From assembly GCA_964057225.1 (NCBI GenBank), contig OZ059897.1:1240001-1304000 (forward strand): a stretch of DNA of 64,000 bases. The letters run 5' to 3'. Made by a program: the position numbers and the translations under genes. Below, piece by piece: positions 1 through 10,200 of the stretch; the stretch's first letter is position 1; each line of letters opens with the position of its first letter. A model generated the notes under the pieces. That model did not search any database. It was not told the origin of the DNA and saw only the letters and a list, made by a program, of their open reading frames with translations. The stretch comes from Auanema rhodensis. Its lineage: Eukaryota > Animalia > Nematoda.

Positions 1-3000
1 ATTGGATTTGAATATTACTTTGATAGTTATAAGATTTTTGCTACTACATGCCCTGTGTTTACTGCTCTAGCTAGTTTTCAATTTTTATTAGATTTTTCAT
101 CATCTTGCAACAAATTCATTTGAAGCTAATATGAATTATTTTTTCGTTTTAAAAAGCATTGAATATCATCTTTTCGTGTAATAATCGTTTTGAATATTGC
201 TTCGTTTGTTTTAAGATTTTGCTACTGCATAGCTTCAGTTTGCTGCTCTAGCTGGTTTTCAATTTTTATTAGATTTTTCATAATCTTGCAACAAATGCAT
301 TTGAATCTAATATGAACTATTTTTTCGTTTCAAATAGTAGTGAATATCATTGTTTCTTGTAATATTGGATTTGAATATTACTTTGATAGTTATAAGATTT
401 TTGCTACTACATGCCCTGTGTTTACTGCTCTAGCTAGTTTTCAATTTTTATTAGATTTTTCATAATCTTGCAACAAATTCATTTGAATCTAATATGAACT
501 ATTTTTTAGTTTCAAATAGTAGTGAATATCATTGTTTCTTGTAATATTGGATTTGAATATTACTTTGATAGTTATAAGATTTTTGCTACTACATGCCCTG
601 TGTTTACTGCTCTAGCTGGTTTTCAATTTTTATGAGATTGTTCATCATCTTACAACAAATTCAATTGAATCTAACATGAAATATTTTTTCTTTTTAAAAA
701 GCATTGAATTTCATTGTTTCTTGTAATGATGGATTTGAATATTGCTTTGTTAGCTTTAAGATGTTTGCTTCTGTATAGCTTCAGTTTACTGCTCTAGCTG
801 GTTTTCAATTTTTATGAGATTTTTCATCATCTTACAACAAATTCAATTGAATCTAACATGAATTATTTTTTCGTTTTAAAAAGCATTGAATTTCATTGTT
901 TCTTGTAATGATGGATTTGAATATTGCTTTGTTTGTTTTAAGATTTTGCTACTGCATAGCTTCAGTTTGCTGCTCTAGCTGGTTTTCAATTTTTATTAGA
1001 TTTTTCATCATCTTACAACAAATTCAATTGAATCTAACATGAAATATTTTTTCTTTTTAAAAAGCATTGAATTTCATTGTTTCTTGTAATGATGGATTTG
1101 AATATTGCTTTGTTAGCTTTAAGATGTTTGCTTCTGTATAGCTTCAGTTTGCTGCTCTAGCTGGTTTTCAATTTTTATTAGATTTTTCATCATCTTACAA
1201 CAAATTCAATTGAATCTAACATGAATTATTTTTTCGTTTTAAAAAGCATTGAATTTCATTGTTTCTTGTAATGATGGATTTGAATATTGCTTTGTTTGCT
1301 TTAAGATTTTTGCTACTACATGCCCTGTGTTTACTGCTCTAGCTGGTTTTCAATTTTTATGAGGTTTTTCATCATCTTATAACAAATTCAATTGAAGCTA
1401 ATATGAATTATTTTTTCGTTTTAAAAAGCATTGAATATCATTTTTTCGTGTAATAATCGTTTTGAATATTGCTTCGTTTGTTTTAAGATTTTGCTACTGC
1501 ATAGCTTCAGTTTGCTGCTCTAGCTGGTTTTCAATTTTTATTAGATTTTTCATAATCTTGCAACAAATTCATTTCAATCTAATATGAACTATTTTTTAGT
1601 TTCAAATAGTAGTGAATATCATTGTTTCTTGTAATATTGGATTTGAATATTACTTTGATAGTTATAAGATTTTTGCTACTACATGCCCTGTGTTTACTGC
1701 TCTAGCTAGTTTTCCATTTTTATTAGATTTTTCATCATCTTGCAACAAATTCATTTGAAGCTAATATGAATTATTTTTTCGTTTTAAAAAGCATTGAATA
1801 TCATTTTTTCGTGTAATAATCGTTTTGAATATTGCTTCGTTTGTTTTAAGATTTTGCTACTGCATAGCTTCAGTTTGCTGCTCTAGCTGGTTTTCAATTT
1901 TTATGAGAATATTCGTCCTGTGACAACAAATTCATTTGAATCTAATATGAATTATTTTTTCTTTTTAAAAAGCATTGAATTTCATTGTTTCTGGTAATGA
2001 TGGATTTGAATATTGCTTCGTTTGTTTTAAGATTTTGCTACTGCATAGCTTCAGTTTGCTGCTCTAGCTGGTTTTCAATTTTTATTAGATTTTTCATAAT
2101 CTTGCAACAAATTCATTTGAATCTAATATGAACTATTTTTTAGTTTCAAATAGTAGTGAATATCATTGTTTCTTGTAATATTGGATTTGAATATTACTTT
2201 GATAGTTATAAGATTTTTGCTACTACATGCCCTGTGTTTACTGCTCTAGCTAGTTTTCAATTTTTATTAGATTTTTCATCATCTTGCAACAAATTCATTT
2301 GAAGCTAATATGAATTATTTTTTCGTTTTAAAAAGCATTGAATATCATCTTTTCGTGTAATAATCGTTTTGAATATTGCTTCGTTTGTTTTAAGATTTTG
2401 CTACTGCATAGCTTCAGTTTGCTGCTCTAGCTGGTTTTCAATTTTTATTAGATTTTTCATAATCTTGCAACAAATGCATTTGAATCTAATATGAACTATT
2501 TTTTCGTTTCAAATAGTAGTGAATATCATTGTTTCTTGTAATATTGGATTTGAATATTACTTTGATAGTTATAAGATTTTTGCTACTACATGCCCTGTGT
2601 TTACTGCTCTAGCTAGTTTTCAATTTTTATTAGATTTTTCATAATCTTGCAACAAATTCATTTGAATCTAATATGAACTATTTTTTAGTTTCAAATAGTA
2701 GTGAATATCATTGTTTCTTGTAATATTGGATTTGAATATTACTTTGATAGTTATAAGATTTTTGCTACTACATGCCCTGTGTTTACTGCTCTAGCTGGTT
2801 TTCAATTTTTATGAGATTGTTCATCATCTTACAACAAATTCAATTGAATCTAACATGAATTATTTTTTCGTTTTAAAAAGCATTGAATTTCATTGTTTCT
2901 TGTAATGATGGATTTGAATATTGCTTTGTTTGTTTTAAGATGTTTGCTTCTGTATAGCTTCAGTTTACTGCTCTAGCTGGTTTTCAATTTTTATGAGATT

Positions 3001-6000
3001 TTTCATCATCTTACAACAAATTCAATTGAATCTAACATGAATTATTTTTTCGTTTTAAAAAGCATTGAATTTCATTGTTTCTTGTAATGATGGATTTGAA
3101 TATTGCTTTGTTTGCTTTAAGATTTTTGCTACTACATGCCCTGTGTTTACTGCTCTAGCTGGTTTTCAATTTTTATGAGGTTTTTCATCATCTTATAACA
3201 AATTCAATTTAAGCTAATATGAATTATTTTTTCGTTTTAAAAAGCATTGAATATCATTTTTTCGTGTAATAATCGTTTTGAATATTGCTTCGTTTGTTTT
3301 AAGATTTTGCTACTGCATAGCTTCAGTTTGCTGCTCTAGCTGGTTTTCAATTTTTATTAGATTTTTCATAATCTTGCAACAAATTCATTTGAATCTAATA
3401 TGAACTATTTTTTAGTTTCAAATAGTAGTGAATATCATTGTTTCTTGTAATATTGGATTTGAATATTACTTTGATAGTTATAAGATTTTTGCTACTACAT
3501 GCCCTGTGTTTACTGCTCTAGCTAGTTTTCCATTTTTATTAGATTTTTCATCATCTTGCAACAAATTCATTTGAAGCTAATATGAATTATTTTTTCGTTT
3601 TAAAAAGCATTGAATATCATTTTTTCGTGTAATAATCGTTTTGAATATTGCTTCGTTTGTTTTAAGATTTTGCTACTGCATAGCTTCAGTTTGCTGCTCT
3701 AGCTGGTTTTCAATTTTTATTAGATTTTTCATAATCTTGCAACAAATGCATTTGAATCTAATATGAACTATTTTTTCGTTTCAAATAGTAGTGAATATCA
3801 TTGTTTCTTGTAATATTGGATTTGAATATTACTTTGATAGTTATAAGATTTTTGCTACTACATGCCCTGTGTTTACTGCTCTAGCTAGTTTTCAATTTTT
3901 ATTAGATTTTTCATAATCTTGCAACAAATTCATTTGAATCTAATATGAACTATTTTTTAGTTTCAAATAGTAGTGAATATCATTGTTTCTTGTAATATTG
4001 GATTTGAATATTACTTTGATAGTTATAAGATTTTTGCTACTACATGCCCTGTGTTTACTGCTCTAGCTGGTTTTCAATTTTTATGAGATTGTTCATCATC
4101 TTACAACAAATTCAATTGAATCTAACATGAATTATTTTTTCGTTTTAAAAAGCATTGAATTTCATTGTTTCTTGTAATGATGGATTTGAATATTGCTTTG
4201 TTTGTTTTAAGATTTTGCTACTGCATAGCTTCAGTTTGCTGCTCTAGCTGGTTTTCAATTTTTATTAGATTTTTCATCATCTTACAACAAATTCAATTGA
4301 ATCTAACATGAAATATTTTTTCTTTTTAAAAAGCATTGAATTTCATTGTTTCTTGTAATGATGGATTTGAATATTGCTTTGTTAGCTTTAAGATGTTTGC
4401 TTCTGTATAGCTTCAGTTTACTGCTCTAGCTGGTTTTCAATTTTTATGAGATTTTTCATCATCTTACAACAAATTCAATTGAATCTAACATGAATTATTT
4501 TTTCGTTTTAAAAAGCATTGAATTTCATTGTTTCTTGTAATGATGGATTTGAATATTGCTTTGTTTGCTTTAAGATTTTTGCTACTACATGCCCTGTGTT
4601 TACTGCTCTAGCTGGTTTTCAATTTTTATGAGGTTTTTCATCATCTTATAACAAATTCAATTGAAGCTAATATGAATTATTTTTTCGTTTTAAAAAGCAT
4701 TGAATATCATTTTTTCGTGTAATAATCGTTTTGAATATTGCTTCGTTTGTTTTAAGATTTTGCTACTGCATAGCTTCAGTTTGCTGCTCTAGCTGGTTTT
4801 CAATTTTTATTAGATTTTTCATAATCTTGCAACAAATTCATTTGAATCTAATATGAACTATTTTTTAGTTTCAAATAGTAGTGAATATCATTGTTTCTTG
4901 TAATATTGGATTTGAATATTACTTTGATAGTTATAAGATTTTTGCTACTACATGCCCTGTGTTTACTGCTCTAGCTAGTTTTCCATTTTTATTAGATTTT
5001 TCATCATCTTGCAACAAATTCATTTGAAGCTAATATGAATTATTTTTTCGTTTTAAAAAGCATTGAATATCATTTTTTCGTGTAATAATCGTTTTGAATA
5101 TTGCTTCGTTTGTTTTAAGATTTTGCTACTGCATAGCTTCAGTTTGCTGCTCTAGCTGGTTTTCAATTTTTATTAGATTTTTCATAATCTTGCAACAAAT
5201 TCATTTGAATCTAATATGAACTATTTTTTAGTTTCAAATAGTAGTGAATATCATTGTTTCTTGTAATATTGGATTTGAATATTACTTTCATAGTTATAAG
5301 ATTTTTGCTACTACATGCCCTGTGTTTACTGCTGTAGCTAGTTTTCCATTTTTATTAGATTTTTCATCATCTTGCAACAAATTCATTTGAAGCTAATATG
5401 AATTATTTTTTCGTTTTAAAAAGCATTGAATATCATTTTTTCGTGTAATAATCGTTTTGAATATTGCTTCGTTTGTTTTAAGATTTTGCTACTGCATAGC
5501 TTCAGTTTGCTGCTCTAGCTGGTTTTCAATTTTTATTAGATTTTTCATAATCTTGCAACAAATTCATTTGAATCTAATATGAACTATTCTTTCGTTTCAA
5601 ATAGTAGTGAATATCATTGTTTCTTGTAATATTGGATTTGAATATTACTTTGATAGTTATAAGATTTTTGCTACTACATGCCCTGTGTTTACTGCACTAG
5701 CTAGTTTTCAATTTTTATTAGATTTTTCATAATCTTGCAACAAATTCATTTGAATCTAATATGAACTATTTTTTAGTTTCAAATAGTAGTGAATATCTTT
5801 GTTTCTTGTAATATTGGATTTGAATATTACTTTGATAGTTATAAGATTTTTGCTACTACATGCCCTGTGTTTACTGCTCTAGCTAGTTTTCCATTTTTAT
5901 TAGATTTTTCATCATCTTGCAACAAATTCATTTGAAGCTAATATGAATTATTTTTTCGTTTTAAAAAGCATTGAATATCATTTTTTCGTGTAATAATCGT

Positions 6001-6216
6001 TTTGAATATTGCTTCGTTACCTTTAAGATTTTTGCTACTACATCTCCTGTGTTTACTGCTCTAGCTGGTTTTCCATTTTTATTAGATTTTTCATCATCTT
6101 ACAACAAATGCATTTGAATCTAATATGAACTATTTTTTCGTTCAGTAGTGAGTATCATTGTTTCTTGTAATATTGGATTTGAATATTACTTTGATAGTTA
6201 TGAGATTTTTACTACA
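1..6216 (+). repeat. Satellite array, 181-182-bp monomer (Sat182), ~34 head-to-tail copies, open at window start
   Basis: The monomer head ATTGGATTTGAATATT / AATCGTTTTGAATATT / GATGGATTTGAATATT recurs at 1, 183, 364, 546, 728 and onward. The core CTGCTCTAGCT(A/G)GTTTTC is in almost every unit. Very AT-rich, no ORFs in the track. Confidence 0.97.
4720..6000 (+). repeat. Sat182 mostly A/B dimer run (363-bp period)
   Basis: Monomers with ...CTACTACATGCCCTGTG... (182 bp) alternate with monomers with ...CTACTGCATAGCTTCAG... (181 bp). Boundaries are approximate. Confidence 0.75.
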
Positions 6217-6908
6217 CGAAAAAATAGTTCAAATGAATTTGTTGTCACAGGACGATTTATCTCATAAAAATTGAAAACCAACTAGAGGCAGCAAACTGAA
6301 GCTATGCAGAAGCAAAAATCTTAAAACTAATGAAGCATTATTCAAATCAATTATTACAAGAAACTGATATTCAATGCTTTTCAAAACGAAAAAATAATTC
6401 ATGTTAGATTCAAATGAATTTGTTGTAAGATGATGAACAATCTCATAAAAATTGAAAACCAGCTAGAGCAGTAAACACATGACATGTAGTAGCAAAAATC
6501 ATAAAACTAACGAAGCAATATTCAAATCCAATATTATAAGAAACAATGATATTCAATGCTTTTTAAAACGAAAAAATAATTCATGTTAGATTCAATTGAA
6601 TTTGTTGTAAGATGATGAACAATCTCATAAAAATTGAAAACCAGCTAGAGCAGTAAACACATGACATGTAGTAGCAAAAATCATAAAACTAACGAAGCAA
6701 TATTCAAATCCAATATTACAAGAAACAATGATATTCAATGCTTTTCAAAACGAAAAAATAATTCATGTTAGATTCAATTGAATTTGTTGTAAGATGATGA
6801 ACAATCTCATAAAAATTGAAAACCAGCTAGAGCAGTAAACACAGGAGATGTAGTAGCAAAAATCTTAAAGGTAATAAAGCAATATTCAAATCCATCATTA
6901 CAAGAAAC
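6217..6908 (-). repeat. Inverted block of Sat182 (~4 monomers, reverse complement)
   Basis: GAAAACCAGCTAGAGCAGTAAACAC is the reverse complement of the Sat182 core GTGTTTACTGCTCTAGCTGGTTTTC and recurs every ~182 bp. The strand bias flips from T-rich to A-rich at ~6217. Confidence 0.96.
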
Positions 6909-7244
6909 GTGAACTCATATCAGTTGATTTCTCGGTTCCTTTTTAAGCTAGCGCAAGTCTGATAAGACAGATCGACGCAGCTCAAAAATGGGCATGTGAA
7001 CGCACTATACTTCTTTGAGAAACGCTTAATACGAAAATTAGTTATGATTGTTCGTGTATGTTGAGTTTCCATGTACACTCAACATTGCTTCCAAAAACAT
7101 TTTGACAAAAATTTTCCCAAAAAATTTCAAGATAATTTTACAAAAAGTAGATGTTTTTAGATTCCTTTTTTCAAGGCAAAGACGATGGACAATGTTATTC
7201 AACGAAAAAATTAATTCTTCAGGGTGAAAATCGAGGATATAAGT
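6909..7244 (+). repeat. Degenerate edge monomer of Sat351 (336 bp)
   Basis: It carries many private substitutions (CTCATATC, GATTTCTCGGTTCC, AAAAATGGGCATGTGAACGC), a 16-bp deletion (TTCG[AAAAATGATGCATTAG]TGTATG near 7054) and a 1-bp insertion. Confidence 0.88.
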
Positions 7245-10200
7245 GTGGACTTATATCAGTTGATATCTCGGTGCATTTTTAAGCTAGCGCAAATCTAATA
7301 ACACAGATCGACGCAGCTTAAAAATCCGCATCGAATGCACTATACTACATTGAGAAACGCTCAATACAAAAATTATTTATGATTGTTTGAAAAATGATGC
7401 ATTAGTGTATGTTGCGTTTCCATGTACACTCAACATTGCTTCCAAAAACATTTTGACAAAAATTTTCCCGAAAAATTTCAAGATAATTTTACAAAAAGTA
7501 GATGTTTTTAGATTCCTTTTTTTAAGGCAAAGACGATGGACAATGTTATTCAACGAAAAAATTAATTCTTCAGGGTGAAAATCGAGGATATAAGTGTGGA
7601 CTTATATCAGTTGATATCTCGGTGCATTTTTAAGCTAGCGCAAATCTAATAACACAGATCGACGCAGCTTAAAAATCCGTTTCGAATGCACTATACTACA
7701 TTGAGAAACGCTCAATACAAAAATTATTTATGATTGTTTGAAAAATGATGCATTAGTGTATGTTGAGTTTCCATGTACACTCAACATTGCTTCCAAAAAC
7801 ATTTTGACAAAAATTTTCCCGAAAAATTTCAAGATAATTTTACAAAAAGTAGATGTTTTTAGATTTCTTTTTTTAAGGCAAAGACGATGGACAATGTTAT
7901 TCAACGAAAAAATTAATTCTTCAGGGTGAAAATCGAGGATATAAGTGTGAACATATATCAGTTAATATCTCGGTGCATTTTTAAGATAACTCAAATCTAA
8001 TAACACAGATCGACGCAGCTTAAAAATCCGCATCGAATGCACTATATAACATTGAGAAACGCTCAATACAAAAATTATTTATGATTGTTTGAAAAATGAT
8101 GCATTAGTGTATGTTGAGTTTCCATGTACACTCAACATTGCTTCCAAAAACATTTTGACAAAAATTTTCCTGAAAAATTTCAAGATAATTTTACAGAAAG
8201 TAAATGTTTTTAGATTCCTTTTTTTAAGGCAAAGACGATGGACAATGTTATTCAACGAAAAAATTAATTCTTCAGGGTGAAAATCGAGGATATAAGTGTG
8301 AACTTATATCAATTGATATCTCGGTGCATTTTTAAGCTAACTGAAATCTGATAACACAGATCGACGCAGCTTAAAAATCCGTTTCGAATGCACTATACTA
8401 CATTGAGAAACGCTCAATACAAAAATTATTTATGATTGTTTGAAAAATGATGCATTAGTGTATGTTGAGTTTCCATGTACACTCAACATTGCTTCCAAAA
8501 ACATTTTGACAAAAATTTTCCCGAAAAATTTCAAGATGATTTTACAAAAAGTAGATGTTTTTAGATTCCTTTTTTTAAGGCGAAGACGATGGACAATGTT
8601 ATTCAACGAAAAAATTAATTCTTCAGGGTGAAAATCGAGGATATAAGTGTGAACTTATATCAATTGATATCTCGGTGCATTTTTAAGCTAGCGCATATCT
8701 GATAACATAGATCGACGCAGCTTAAAAATCCGCATCGAATGCACTATATAACATTGAGAAACGCTCAATACAAAAATTATTTATGATTGTTTGAAAAATG
8801 ATGCATTAGTGTATGTTGAGTTTCCATGTACACCCAACATTGCTTCCAAAAACATTTTGACAAAAATTTTCCCGAAAAATTTCAAGATAATTTTACAAAA
8901 AGTAGATGTTTTTGAATTTCTTTTTTTAAGGCGAAAACGATGGACAATGTTATTCAACGAAAAAATTAATTCTTCAGGGTGAAAATCGAGGATATAAGTG
9001 TGAACTTATATCAATTGATATCTCGGTGCATTTTTAAGCTAACTCAAATCTGATAACACAGATCGACGCAGCTTAAAAATCCGTTTCGAATGCACTATAC
9101 TACATTGAGAAACGCTCAATACAAAAATTATTTATGATTGTTTGAAAAAAGATGCATTAGTGTATGTTGAGTTTCCATGTACACTCAACATTGCTTCCAA
9201 AAACATTTTGACAAAAATTTTCCCGAAAAATTTCAAGATAATTTTACAAAAAGTAGATGTTTTTGAATTTCTTTTTTTAAGGCGAAAACGATGGACAATG
9301 TTATTCAACGAAAAAATTAATTCTTCAGGGTGAAAATCGAGGATATAAGTGTGAACTTATATCAATTGATATCTCGGTGCATTTTTAAGCTAACTCAAAT
9401 CTGATAACACAGATCGACGCAGCTTAAAAATCCGTTTCGAATGCACTATACTACATTGAGAAACGCTCAATACAAAAATTATTTATGATTGTTTGAAAAA
9501 TGATGCATTAGTGTATGTTGAGTTTCCATGTACACTCAACATTGCTTCCAAAAACATTTTGACAAAAATTTTCCCGAAAAATTTCAAGATAATTTTACAA
9601 AAAGTAGATGTTTTTAGATTCCTCTTTTTAAGGCGAAGACGATGGACAATGTTATTCAACGAAAAAATTAATTCTTCAGGGTGAAAATCGAGGATATAAG
9701 TGTGAACTTATATCAATTGATATCTCGGTGCATTTTTAAGCTAACTCAAATCTGATAACACAGATCGACGCAGCTTAAAAATCCGTTTCGAATGCACTAT
9801 ACTACATTGAGAAACGCTCAATACAAAAATTATTTATGATTGTTTGAAAAAAGATGCATTAGTGTATGTTGAGTTTCCATGTACACTCAACATTGCTTCC
9901 AAAAACATTTTGACAAAAATTTTCCCGAAAAATTTCAAGATAATTTTACAAAAAGTAGATGTTTTTGAATTTCTTTTTTTAAGGCGAAAACGATGGACAA
10001 TGTTATTCAACGAAAAAATTAATTCTTCAGGGTGAAAATCGAGGATATAAGTGTGAACTTATATCAATTGATATCTCGGTGCATTTTTAAGCTAACTCAA
10101 ATCTGATAACACAGATCGACGCAGCTTAAAAATCCGTTTCGAATGCACTATACTACATTGAGAAACGCTCAATACAAAAATTATTTATGATTGTTTGAAA

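Noticed and set aside
7191-7207. CENP-B box-like motif on the minus strand (TTTCGTTGAATAACATT)
   Set aside because: It matches the TTCG....A half of NTTCGNNNNANNCGGGN but lacks the essential CGGG.
7245-7595. Sat351 as a simple dimer of a ~175-bp unit or of Sat182
   Set aside because: The two halves show no evident colinear similarity by eye. Only short motifs are shared with Sat182.
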